From the NCBI GenBank assembly GCA_964016885.1, contig OZ024744.1, positions 79,050,001 to 79,114,000 on the forward strand: 64,000 nucleotides of DNA, in the 5' to 3' direction. Under the pieces are notes generated by a model. That model saw only the letters and a program-made list of their open reading frames with translations. It ran no database searches and was not told the DNA's origin. Positions 52,203 to 64,000 of the stretch are shown in pieces. The stretch is from Eledone cirrhosa. Its lineage: Eukaryota. The first letter of the stretch is position 1, and each line of letters starts with the position of its first letter. The position numbers were made by a program, and so were the translations under genes.

Positions 52203-52397
52203 GTGAATCTGGCCTGTATTTCTGTGGAAGTGCTACATACGGTTGCACCGAAGAAACCTGTCAGCCAGATTACGGATGCAACTGCGCACCTTGCCAATAT
52301 CTTGACCATGCAGACCAGGAAGAAAAAGAAAAGGAATTCAAACGACCAAAGGTTGCATCTTCCATGATTGATTCTTGGACTTGGGATTCACAGCCAG
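52203..52397 (+). CDS. HERC2: HERC2 coding exon with Cys-rich segment (GESGLYFCG...GCNCAPCQ...SMIDSWTWDSQP)
   Basis: tttgcag acceptor, G|gtcagt donor, phase 1 to 1; end matches human SILDSWVWGKQP. Confidence 0.9.
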
Positions 52398-52489
52398 GTC
52401 AGTAATTTCTGCTGTAATCCATCTTATAGAGGTTAAGGTGGAGGACGAGGATCATCGTCTCCTCCTCCCTCTCCTCTTTTCCCACTTAT

Positions 52490-52860
52490 TTCTGAGAGGG
52501 CTATGGGGGACAGAGTCCTTGAACACTCCTCCCAGCGGTTCATGTTAGAAGCAACCATCTCCAACTGATCCAGTTGGATCCCCAAGCAAGGCCAGCCAAG
52601 CTCATGGATGTTATCCAACCATCTTGCTCTGGGGTCCAGTCCTGGGTATCCTGCCAGTTGGTTTTTGCCTGTAAAATCTGTCCAGTGATTCTTTCCTGAG
52701 ATATTCTAACCACATGCCCATAGTATCAGAGCTGTGATCTCTCAATTTGGAGAAGTAGAGGCTCTACCTGGAGAGACTCTCTGATCTTCGAGCTACGCAC
52801 TTTATCGAGTAACGTTACTCCAGAGACTGTTCGGCTGCTTGTATTCGCAAGCATATTTTT
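52490..52860 (-). mobile_element. RTE-like LINE 3' fragment; related pieces at ~10160-10270 and 43895-44140
   Basis: YYGHVVRISQERITGQIL..PRARWLDNI motif; the ttagaatatctcaggaaagaatcactggacagattttacag segment recurs. Confidence 0.65.
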
Positions 52861-53369
52861 TCGGTCATTACCCAAGATTCTCCTCCTCCTCCTTCACTTC
52901 ATCTTCCACTTCCTCGTTTTCATATTTTTCCGCCCCTCCCTTCTTTTATTCTTCCTTTTCCATCTCTTCCTCCTCCTTTCTGTCTTCAGTTCCTTTTGCT
53001 CCCTATGGAGCATTAGGCAATGAGAGACCTTTAATGATTGGATCTGTAGTAAATTTTGATTAATGGAGGAGGTAACGTTGCTAGTCTTGCTGTGCTACAT
53101 CCCTTCCTCTCTTCTCAACACATATCAAAAACTAACCTAGCATTTTGAAGTCAGAGGTGCAGGTTCTGTAACCCTGGATTGGGGTCTGTTCCAGGTACTG
53201 CCACCTGGAATCAGCTGAACCTGGAACTTGTTTTTAGAAATTTTCTGTTAAGAGTTAAATTAATGTTATGAACAAAGAAAGTTCCTATAGTAAAATTATG
53301 ATGGATGGCTTTGGGGGTGGGGCTATGAGTAAGGTTAAGTGACAATTCTTATTTATTTTTTTTTCACAG

Positions 53370-53589
53370 ACATAAACCACCTAAAAGAATGTTTAGAATC
53401 TCTACTATATGAACACCACCAATTCTCAGTTGGAGCGACATCAACAACCCTGTCAAGTGTTAAACTGCTACAGAGACTTGTAATACTAGAAAGATATTTA
53501 ATTGCACTTTCCAGACATTCACAAAATGAAGGTAAAGCGCCTTTAAGAAAAAAACAGGCAGACCAAACAAATCTAAACAAACAAAAGGG
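53370..53589 (+). CDS. HERC2: HERC2 coding exon (DINHLKECLESLL...LQRLVILERYLIALSR...)
   Basis: ttttcacag acceptor, GG|gtaagt donor, phase 1 to 2; matches human ELKECLSVL...QRLVILERYFIALNR. Confidence 0.95.
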
Positions 53590-53639
53590 GTAAGTTTCCT
53601 GGAAAACTAATTTTTCAATTGTTGCTTGTTGTTTATTGT

Positions 53640-53824
53640 CGTCATCATCAACATCATCATCAACACCATCATCATTATCATGGTCATCATCAACACCATC
53701 ATCACCATCATCATCATGGTCATCATCATCATCATCATCATCAACACCATCATCATTATCATGATCATCATTATCATGATCATCATCATCATCATCATCA
53801 TCAACACCATCATCATTATCATGG

Positions 53825-53855
<31 letters not shown>

Positions 53856-54345
53856 GGTCATCATTATCATCATCATCATCATCATCAACACCATCATCAT
53901 TATCATGGTCATCAACATCATCATCATCATCAACACCATCATCATTATCATGGTCATCATGGTCATCATTATCATCATCATCATCAATATCACCAACATC
54001 ATCATCATCAACACCATCATCATTATCACGGTCATCATTATCATCAACATCACCATCATCATCATCATCAACACCATCATCATTATCATGGTCATCATTA
54101 TCATCAACATCACCATCATCATCATCATCAACACCATCATCATTATCATGGTCATCATTATCATCAACATCATCATCATCATCATCAACACCATCATCAT
54201 TATGATGGTCATCATCACCATGGTCATCATTATCATCAACATCATCATCATTATCATCATCATCGACATCATTATGATGAACACCATCATTGACATCATC
54301 ATCATCTTCATCATCATCATTGTCGACAACATCAACATCAACATA
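53640..54345. repeat. (CAT)n-derived compound microsatellite
   Basis: Seen directly; gives the poly-M/H/I ORFs. Confidence 0.95.
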
Positions 54346-55287
54346 TAATGTCCATTTTTCCCTGTTATCAAAAATTGATTGGGTCTTCTCAAACTGACTC
54401 AGTATTCAAGTAGAGCTACTGACCCCTAATATTGGTCATGGGCCCAACAACGTATGGACGAGAAAGACATTCCTTTGATAATTTACAACCAAAATCTGAG
54501 GCTGGTGCATGAGGTCAGATTCACTAATTGATATGTTGATAACACCTCGCTCCACAAATTATAAACACAATAGCTGGAAGAACCCTTTAGGAACTCACAT
54601 GTCAGCCGGGACACGAGAAGAAGAAGGACGGGTTTTTACCTGCAGTATATCACAAAATTGGATTTTCATCTGAAGATACTGTTTCCATAGCAACAACGTT
54701 ACATCTTGGATTGCATAAGGGAACCATTGAATTAATTATAATGAATAAACAATTTATGAAACATCAGCATCTTTTTTAATGTTATTTCACACACACATAT
54801 ATATATATATATTTAAATGCCTCTATATTCAATTCATATATATACGTATATGTGTGTATGTGTTATGTATTTCTGTAGAAAAGGTAAAGGAAAGAGTGCT
54901 CTATGTATCGTACAGAGCTATTTAATTACATAATAAACATCATCATCATTTTCATCATCATTTTACGTCTGCTTTTCCCTGCTTGCAAGGGTGGGACGGG
55001 AACTGATTCTGGCTTGATTTCTACAGCTGGATGCCCTTCCTAACACCAACCTCATTTACAGTGAGTACTGGGTGCTTTTTTGCCGTGGCACCTCCACGAC
55101 CACTTTGCAGTGGAATGATAGGGACCCCAGTCCCTATCATCTCATTTCTACAGCTGAGTAAACTGGAGCAATGTGAAATAAAGTGTCTTGCTCAAGGAAA
55201 CAACACATCACCCGGTCTGAGTATTGAACTCACAACCTTTCAATTGCAAGGCCAATGCTCTAACCACTAAGCCATGTGCAATATAAA

Positions 55288-55365
55288 TATTTCATCTGAT
55301 GAGTGTACTGGATGTTTCTGTTAAAATCGATCATCTAGTTTCCTGAAACCTTTGGTAATGGAATA
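55288..55365 (+). ncRNA. Type I hammerhead ribozyme-like motif in HERC2 intron (sense strand)
   Basis: Stem I TATTTCAT/ATGGAATA; CTGATGA at 55296-55302; stem II ACTGGATG/CATCTAGT with imperfect base; GAAA at 55345-55348; stem III CC-TTT-GG; GUA cleavage triplet ending A55357. Confidence 0.65.
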
Positions 55366-55465
55366 ATTATATTGTGTTGTTTATTATGTAATGAAATATA
55401 TATATATATATATATATATATATTTCATTACATAATAAATTAATTATTCCATTACCAAATATAAT

Positions 55466-55543
55466 TATTCCATTACCAAAGGTTTCAGGAAACTAGATGA
55501 TCGATTTTAACAGAAACATCCAGTACACTCATCAGATGAAATA
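55466..55543 (-). ncRNA. Mirror copy of hammerhead-like motif
   Basis: Reverse complement of 55288-55365. Confidence 0.6.
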
Positions 55544-56112
55544 TTTATATTGCACATGGCTTAGTGGTTAGAGCATTGGCCTTGCAATTGAAAGGTTGTG
55601 AGTTCAATACTCAGACCGGGTGATGTGTTGTTTCCCTGAGCAAGACACTTTATTTCACATTGCTCCAGTTTACTCAGCTGTAGAAATGAGATTATAGGGA
55701 CTGGGGACCCTATCATTCCACTGCAAAGTGGTCGTGGAGGTGCCACGGCAAAAAAGCACCCAGCACTCACTGTAAATGAGGTTGGTGTTAGGAAGGGCAT
55801 CCAGCTGTAGAAATCAAGCCAGAATCAGTTCCCGTCCCACCCTTGCAAGCAGGGAAAAGCGGACGTAAAATGATGATGATGTTTATTATGTAATTAAATA
55901 GCTCTGTACGATACATAGAGCACTCTTCTTTCCTTTACCTTTTCTACGGAAATACATAATACATACACACATATACGTATATATATGAATTGAGTATAGA
56001 GGCATTTAAATATATATATATATATGTGTGTGTGAATTGAGTTTAGAGGTAGTTTTATATATATATATATATTATTTTATTAATTCTAAATTTGTTTTGT
56101 TTTGTTTTTTAG

Positions 56113-56373
56113 TTCTGCGAAACCAACAGAAAAAGCAACACATGGACTTGCACGTGTGGGATCGAGAGCTGCCCTTAGTTTTGCTTTTGCATTCTTGTAT
56201 CGAGCATGGCGTAGTAGTGAAGATTCTGATCTTTGTAGTGAATTACTACAAGAATCTCTAGATGCACTTAGATCACTACCTGAAGCCACTCTTTTTGATG
56301 AGAGTTCTGTATCTCCAGTCTGGCTTGAAGTTGTTGAAAGAGCATCTAAATTTTTACATTCCGTTGTGGCAGG
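56113..56373 (+). CDS. HERC2: HERC2 coding exon ([54 protein letters not shown]...)
   Basis: Nearly identical to the recalled human HERC2 segment; tttttag acceptor, GG|gtaagt donor, phase 2 to 2. Confidence 0.97.
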
Positions 56374-57661
56374 GTAAGTCTGAGAGTCCATGTTTCTTCA
56401 TCATTGAATTAAATATTGATTTCTATGAGTCAACGAGGAATCCTCTTTGTTGTCACTTGGCCTACTAGAAATAGTAACCAAATCTCCCTTGTACCAAGAA
56501 AGGTAGGAGCAATGGCATGTTGGATAATGTAGGCCTGGATAGATACGCTGTCTGAGAAAAAAAAAAGATGGGATGGTCACAACTAGAATGCCTTTGATAA
56601 TAGATTTGCTGGATATGGGCTAACCTGTGACTAAACAACATATTGACTTCTTTGATAAACATAAAGTCTAAGAGACAATGCAATGACACTTTCTCAAGTG
56701 GCAATCTGGCACATTCGGTGACTAACCCAGGCATGACTGCTTGACAAGCCTAAAATTGCAAGCTGTCGAAGTATTGGTCGCTCTCTGTTAGGTTTATGGT
56801 CGAACCTATGGAGACATCTGGCATTCTTGGTCCCCAGTCCACTTCCCTGCTCACTACTATTGGGGTGGAGTTGGCCATCTGCAGGTGTGAGCCCCATGAG
56901 CTGGAATGGCTATTTGGCCACATTCCGGGGCACAATTTTCTCCATTCTGTCTGCTGGGTCCATGAAGTGGCCTTGTATATGGGATCCTGCATGCCAGAGA
57001 ATGCTCCCTATACCTTCAGGGCCCCATATCATTGGGGTAGGGATGTTGAGATGTATAATTTGACACATAATCACATGTATTTCTAGTGAACATTTTGAAA
57101 AGGGATCACTAGAAATTGTTACAATGAGGACATCTTCAATTTTAGAAGTGATGTAAAGAAAAATGAAAAAAAAATGTTAGAATCATGGATTGAAATCAAG
57201 TGATGGACTGCCGGAAGTTTAACCCTTTTGTTACCTTATTTTTAATGAAAACCACTACTTATGATTTTCAATCATTTAGGAAATAATCAAGGGAGTTAAT
57301 AACATAATTAATTTTCTCATTATTAAGCTGATGTTTGGAATATAACTTAATACAGGTTCTTATGTAAAATTATGATGGAATAACCCAAACATGCATGGAA
57401 AATCAGGTGTAATAGAATAATACTGATAAACATTTTAATATAAATCATTTTGTATTATAGAATCGGGGGCAGTTTTAGGCAGTTTGTTATCTGTCTTACG
57501 GGTTAACTTATGTGCTGCAATAGTTATTACCATTGAACTAAGTATTGCATAAGGAATAAAGTTTATTGAATTGACTCAAGTATATTGCTGGTGATGCTCT
57601 AGCATGGCCAGAACTAACTGGTTAGGACCAGTAAAAGGGCAAGCAGTTGAGGAAGTTGTCA

Positions 57662-58000
57662 TCTATATATAAATTTGAGCGACTTCCGTCTGTCACACAA
57701 TGTGTGTGTTTGTGTGAATGTATGTTTGTGAAAAAAACTATAGCAAAACTGGCATTTCATTTGCTACACTGTGTGTGTGAGTGAATGTGTCTGTGTAAAT
57801 GTATGTGTGCACGTTTGTGTGAATGTATGTCTGTGTGTGTGTGTATTTCTGTAAGTGTGTTTGTGTTTGCACATTTATATTTATATATTCATACATATAA
57901 ATGTATGTATATGCACATATATTCATACATACATATGTATGTATATGCACATACATACACACATATACACTTAGTGTCAGCATGCTGAAAAAAATTCTAG
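57662..58000 (+). mobile_element. Non-autonomous Helitron
   Basis: A|TC 5' end, subterminal hairpin TCAGCATGCTGA, CTAG|T 3' end, no TSD; second copy at 61560-61901. Confidence 0.8.
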
Positions 58001-58122
58001 TGTTCAGTATAATAGTGGACATTTGGTCTTGTACTTCTTCATAGATAATAAATAGGTGATTGCAAATAAATATGCTTCTTATATATGTGGTCCATAATTT
58101 TTTTTTTTTTTTTTTTATCCAG

Positions 58123-58441
58123 TGAATTAATTGGGAGTGGTGGCATAGCCTCTGCAGGTTCTTCATCTGTGTCATCTTCTCGTTACACAAATCACATCCC
58201 ACTTCCAGATCAACAGCGGGCACTTGCTCTTCTACTTGAATTAGCAGTACAGAGAGGTTCTTTGAGCCACATTCTTGGGGGTGTACTTCTATTGCTGAGT
58301 CTTTGGGAAAACAGCTGCCATGAAAGAGACAACAGAGTTACAAGTAATCTGACTTCGGCTCCACTGGTGCCACTATTAAAGAGATTCTTTGGAATACAGC
58401 CAAACAAAGCAAAGAACTATGAAATGACAAAATGGGATGAA
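58123..58441 (+). CDS. HERC2: HERC2 coding exon (IPLPDQQRALALLLELAVQRGSLSHIL...TSAPLVPLLKRF)
   Basis: Poly-T..ccag acceptor, GAA|gtgagt donor, phase 2 to 0; matches human IPLQDQHLALAILLELAVQRGTLS. Confidence 0.96.
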
Positions 58442-60734
58442 GTGAGTCACACATTTCTTAAATATATATATTTTTTTAAAATATTTATTTTATCCTTTAG
58501 CATTTACATTACTCTATATTTACTATTGTATTTTCACAATAAAGGCTTTATCTTACATAATATCTCACATAATATCAAATCTATGAGATTGTTATATTAT
58601 TTATTTTGAGAACAATACCTTAACATAAGTATGAGTGGTCAGTTATAGCCGGTTTGAACAGAAATAGGTGAGAGAATTCTGTCCAGATATGACCGGTTTA
58701 AATGCTGAAGGATTAAAAAAAAATGGATTTGTCTTGTTTTTCTTTGTGTTAGTAGAAGCCAAAATTACTGGATTAATTTTATTTTCTCTGAATTAATATA
58801 CTTTCCCCCTTTTTGTTACCATATTTCTAATGAAAGACATTGCTGCCTAAAATTTTAAAATAATCTTGAAAATATTAAGTTGGTGTTTGGAACATAATTT
58901 AACGAAGGCTTTTACATAAATTATGATGGGAGGGTTTTTAGATAAATATAAACACTTTAAAAAATAAACAATTCTGTATCATGGAACCAGGGTCTGTTTC
59001 AGATTATTTGGTATCAAAAGGGTTAAAAGAAATTATGGGACTGCAATCTAAGCAATATTAATTGAAATTTATTTCATGTGAAGTCAGTCGATTGGCATAG
59101 TCATATGGGATTTAGTTATGGCTCTTTATGTTCTGAGTTCAAATCCTGCCAGGGTCAACTTTGTCTTTCATCATTTTGGGATTGATAAAATAAATTACCA
59201 GCCACATATAGAGGTCACATCCGAGAGTGTGTGTTTTATTTTATTTATCTATTTATTTATGTGTTTATTTACTTGTCACTAATTGTTTGTTTGTTATATC
59301 TGTGTGTGTCTGGTTTGTTATATTAGTTTGGTTTTTGTGTGTTTCTGTAAGTCTTCATTTTGTCCTTAATTACTAGTTGTCATGATACTATTCCACCCAT
59401 GTTTTCTGTTTAATTTTGGTTGGAGTTTATTTATGTTTGTCGCCTCTTTAGAAATACAATGATGAAAGGGCTTAAAAGTAGTGGAATCAAAGAGTTGATC
59501 ACACGTGAAATGAATGTTTAACCCTTTCAACATGTAACCCTGTCTGAACTGTCTCTCTTAATCCTTTAGCAATTACATTACTCTATATTTACTATTATAT
59601 TTTCATGGTAAAGGCTTTACCTCACATAATTATCTCATACAATATCAACTCTATTATTTATTTTGAGTTTGAACAGAAAGAGGTAGAGAATTCTGGCCGG
59701 ATATGGTCGGTTTAAAGTGGGAAATTTTAAAAATTTCAAATCTTCAACTAATATCTCATTGTTACATGAAAGATAATATTAGATTTCAGTAGTTAAATAT
59801 TTGTTTACAATTATTAAGTTGAAAGTTGTGGGGTGAGGGCTCGGAATAAGCAGGGTGGAGGTGGAACAAGCAACAGGGTTGGAAAATCAGTAATTTTCCT
59901 AGGTTGTTCCCGTTGATTTTAAAAAAAAACAGAATTAGTCATTTAGTTTACATATTGAGACCCACAAACCATCCTATTTATTTTATGATGTATGGGATTT
60001 TTAGTAATGTACTTTTTTTTATATGTATAATGTTTTTTTATTGTATAAAGAAAATTAATTGTCGCAGGAATGTTACAACTTAAAATAAGATTTTGCCGGA
60101 GACAGATTAGCAAAAATTAATAAGTGGGTGATTGTTGGAGACCTGAAAGTAATTGTTAGAGCAACGGACAAAATGCTTTGTGGTATTTGTTGCAGTTCTT
60201 TACATTCCGATTTCAAATCCTGTTGAAATCAACTTTACTTTTCATCTTTACAGGCTCGATAAAATAAAGTACTAGTAACACACTGGGTTGATTTGGTTGA
60301 CTTTCTTCCCTTCCCTTCAAATTGCTGGCCTTGCACCAAAAGTAGCAACAATTATTAAGTTGAATGTTGAGTTATTTCATTAATCCTTTAGCATTTAAAC
60401 TGGCCGTGTCCTGCCAGAATTTTCTCACCTCTTTCTGTTCTAACCACCTGTAACTGGCTGCTCATACTGATGTCATACTAATGTTAAGATATTGTGCTCA
60501 AAATAAATAATATCAAAATCTCATAGATTCGATATTATGTAAGATAAAGCCTTTGCCATTAAAATATAATAGTAAATTTAAAGTAATGTAAATGGTAAAG
60601 GGTTAAACATCTCATGATTCTGGATTATTTTTAAAAGTTAAAATGCTATGGTTATATGTTCTTGTTAGAAATATGGCTACAAATTGGTTAATATTTTGGG
60701 TGAAAGTGAGGTGTCCTAAACTGATATTTTGATT

Positions 60735-60965
60735 TATAATAATAATAATGAAATTATTGTGTAAAGTGCTCAGGTGCACTACAACTCGTCAAAGGTGTAT
60801 GTATAGTACATAGAATAATACACAAATGTCAGGGAAGTGAATAGTGTATGAGTCATGATATACATGTGTGTATGTGTATGGAGGGGGAACATTAGCTGTA
60901 GTGATGACGGATCTCGGGAAGCATGGAGGACTTAAAGGATGCAGTGTCTCGACAGCTAACAACTG
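60735..60965 (-). mobile_element. CR1 3' end fragment (same family as 1-1255)
   Basis: Reverse complement of the CR1 ORF end, 3' UTR and (ATT)n tail. Confidence 0.85.
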
Positions 60966-61285
60966 ATGCAGATAGATTGTTCCATGCTTCAATTTGAGTA
61001 TAGATCAATTCTGTATGTGTGTGTGTGCATATATGTGTATATGTATATACATATGTGCATGTGGGATATGAGTTTGTGTATATTTGTTTGCATGTATGTA
61101 TATGGATTTGTGTATTTATTTATTTGTGTGTGTGTGTATAAATATAGATGAGTTTGTGTATATATCCATCTGTGTATATCTATAAACATATTTTTTTGTG
61201 TGTGTATGTATATATGTACAGATGAGTTTGTGTATATATGCATTTGTGTACAATCTATAAACATATATTTTTTCTTCTTTTCCAG

Positions 61286-61450
61286 CAAGCTGATGTTTAC
61301 CTTGTGAGTCCAACTGAATGTTTTCTGAGATACATCACAGATCTTGGAGATGAAAATGCTCCTGTTGATCTTCAGCAATGTGCTGTTGTCATCATGTCCC
61401 ACCTAGATCGACTGGCTGCTCCTTACCTACCACCAGCAGCCTCAAACAAG
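61286..61450 (+). CDS. HERC2: HERC2 coding exon ([11 protein letters not shown]...[24 protein letters not shown])
   Basis: ttttccag acceptor, AAG|gttatt donor, phase 0 to 0; matches human SPNESFLRYL...IDLRQTAVVVMAHLDRLATP. The gene continues beyond the window. Confidence 0.95.
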
Positions 61451-61559
61451 GTTATTATGTCTTCATGCAATTAATTAGCTTTAGAAAAGAAAAAAATAAT
61501 TAACCCTTTCAATAACAAACTACTTGAAACTAGCTCTGGTTCTATGAGAAAGTTAGTTA

Positions 61560-61901
61560 TCTATATATAAATTTGAGCGACTTCTGTCCATCACACAATG
61601 TATGTGTGTTAATATATGTGTATGTAAAAGGAAGGAAAGGGATGGTGGAAAAACTATAGTAAAACAGTATCTGGCATTCCATTTGCTATGCTGTGTGTGA
61701 GTGTATGTATATGTATATGTGTGTTTGTGTAAATGTGTGTGTTAGTGTGAATGTAAGTGTGTGTTTGTGTAAATGTATGTGTATTTGTGGGAATGTATGT
61801 CTATGAGTGCGTATTTTAGTAAGTGTAAATGTATACATATGCAATTACACACATGCACACACATATACACATACACTTCAGCGTGTTGAAAAAACTTCTA
61901 G
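61560..61901 (+). mobile_element. Non-autonomous Helitron, nested in a piggyBac-type MITE
   Basis: A|TCTATATATAAATTTGAGCGAC ... TTCAGCGTGTTGAA hairpin ... CTAG|T. Confidence 0.8.
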
Positions 61902-64000
61902 TATTATTATATCTCTTCAAATTCTTGATTATTTTCAAAATTATTTTAATATCATAGGCTGTGTCTTTTATTAGAAAAATGGTGAATAACCAAATATAGT
62001 AATACTAAACAATCTTGGTCATGCTGGCACACCATCTTCTAGCATATAATTGATTACATTAAGTCCTCTTTGTGCTTGAATTGAACTGTCTTAAACATGA
62101 TTTGAACTTGAAATACGAATAAATACCACAAGGTATTTTATTTGACACTGCCAATTCTGCCATCCATTCACCCACCACATCCCTATCTATATTGTATTTA
62201 TGGTCCCATAACTCCTAATAGAGTCGTAGGGGTGCTGTATGTCAATACAGCGTTTCTTGGGCATTTTAAGGCTGGCTAATCCCTATCCAGGCTTGATTAC
62301 AGCAGATTTCTTCCAGAGAAAGATAGAAAGTGAGAAAGAGATATTAGAGGAAGAACTGACCCCAATACTAGACTTGTAATTTAAAAAAAAAAATTCATCT
62401 TTTTTTTTTTTTTTTAATTGAACTGCGAGAGCAGAGAGCCAGAATGAATACCATCAAACATTGTATCCGACGTTCTAATGACTCTGCCAAAGCATAGACC
62501 TTGCAGAAGTTCTGCATGTTAGCTCAACCTGCTAGAAATAGCAGCCAAATTTTCTTCAACTTATACCCAATCAACATCTTACAATAGATCGTACTAGATT
62601 ATTGTAGCATTATATACAAGATAGGGCGGTGGATTGGCAGTATCGGTAGAGGGTCGGACGCCATGCTTCGCAACAAAGAGTTACGGCCCTTTGTGGTCTG
62701 AGTTCAAATCCCACCAAGGTTAACTTTGCCTTTCATCCTTACGGGGGTCGATAAAATAAAGCACCAGTAATACACTGGGATAATTGCTAGCCTTGTGCCA
62801 AAAATAGAAACAATTATATACAAGATACTTGGAAATAAGGTTGTGATGGTCATGGGTGAAACACTTTTGATCATAAGGCTGATTTGGAGCATTACAAAAA
62901 CAACAACAAACTTAATCACCCACATCAATTTTATGTCCATTTTTCAATCTTAGTTATTTCAAATATTTTATCCCACCTTTTTTTACAAATATTTCATCCA
63001 AATTTTAAAGGCTATTTCATTTCAGTTTTCAAAAAGATATATTTTATCTGTTTTTAAAAAATATCTCATCATATTTTAAAATATTTTGTTTTAACATATA
63101 GTTTATCCTAGTTATTTAAAATATTTTATCCTATTTTTTTTCTTATTATTATTTCAGCCTAGTAATTAAGAATATGCTTATTTTATTCCATTTCAAACCA
63201 TTTTGTCACAGTTATTTTTTAAAGCTATTTTTGTTTATGTTTAACCCTTTAGTATTTAAACCAGCTGTATCCAGCCAGAATTCTCTCACTTCTTTCTATT
63301 CAAACTGGCCTTAACTAGCCGCTCATACTGATGTTAAGGTATTGTTCTCAAAATAAATAATATCAAAATCTCATAGACTTGATATTATGTGAGGTAAAGC
63401 CTTTACCATGAAAATACAATAATATATATAGAGTAATATAAATGTTAAAGGGTTAAAGTTGTCTTTTATTATATATCAAGTAGTGTATTCAGCGACTAAT
63501 CCACACTTTGTTGCTCATCGGGTTGAATTATCAGTCACTCTCCAATCAGTTTGTAATTGAACCTGTAGCTGTAGAGACTTACTCCAGACCACATCCCTAC
63601 TCACTGCTATCAGGGCAGAGTTGGAATGGCTATTCTAACACATCCCCCTTGCCATCCTCTGGGAAGGAGGGCAGGGGAAAGGTTTTCTCCATTCTGTCAG
63701 CTTGAACCATGAGGCAGCATACACATGAACTGTCACACACACACACACACACACACTGAGAACGACCCCACCTCACCCACCCCGCGCATTACTAAGGCAG
63801 CAAAGCTGAATCAGTCAACAATAAAACAAGGACTATCTGTTTATAAACATATGTATATAATCACACATGAGCGTGGATTGATGCTAGCGCTGTGGAATCT
63901 TGCATGCATTAATTTCAGTTCTTATTATTAATAACTGCATTGCTTCTTTCCACGGACTATGTTGAAAAACCAACCTCATTTGGTCATTCCATGAGAGTAT

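Larger units (their letters stand above)
54786..56036. repeat. ~1.25 kb near-perfect palindrome centred on (TA)n at ~55397-55422; each arm has a SINE B and a hammerhead-like motif
   Basis: Arms are reverse complements over ~600 bp with only a handful of substitutions and indels. Confidence 0.95.

Noticed and set aside
53607-54392. Poly-Met/His/Ile ORFs
   Set aside because: (CAT)n microsatellite in an intron.
56460-57100. GC-richer block with several short ORFs
   Set aside because: No recognisable motif, and the flanking HERC2 exons already join in phase; probably an old repeat I cannot assign.

Overview
Repeat-rich, AT-rich animal genomic DNA, most likely an octopus or other coleoid cephalopod (inferred from the SINE/RTE landscape, not proven). 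It contains six in-phase + strand coding exons of the N-terminus of the giant E3 ligase HERC2 (45976-61450); the first coding exon was not located. There is also a possible unidentified spliced gene on the - strand (~8.7-11.2 kb) and an ETS/CRE-rich promoter candidate near 13.95 kb. Most of the rest is repeats: CR1, RTE, RTE-X, CRE and R4/Dong LINE remnants, two tRNA-derived SINE families, a DD37D (maT) transposon, piggyBac-, hAT- and Tc1-type MITEs, non-autonomous Helitrons, ~10 kb of nearly C-free purine-rich satellite next to a 200-N gap, and microsatellites. The most notable unannotated signal is two unrelated fold-back palindromes (3759-4053 and 54786-56036), each carrying a mirror-image pair of type I hammerhead-ribozyme-like motifs of the kind found in Penelope-like elements. 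The larger one is an almost spacer-less 1.25 kb hairpin ending 76 nt before a HERC2 exon. Most long ORFs in the supplied track are translations of simple repeats. Repeat boundaries are approximate unless termini are quoted.
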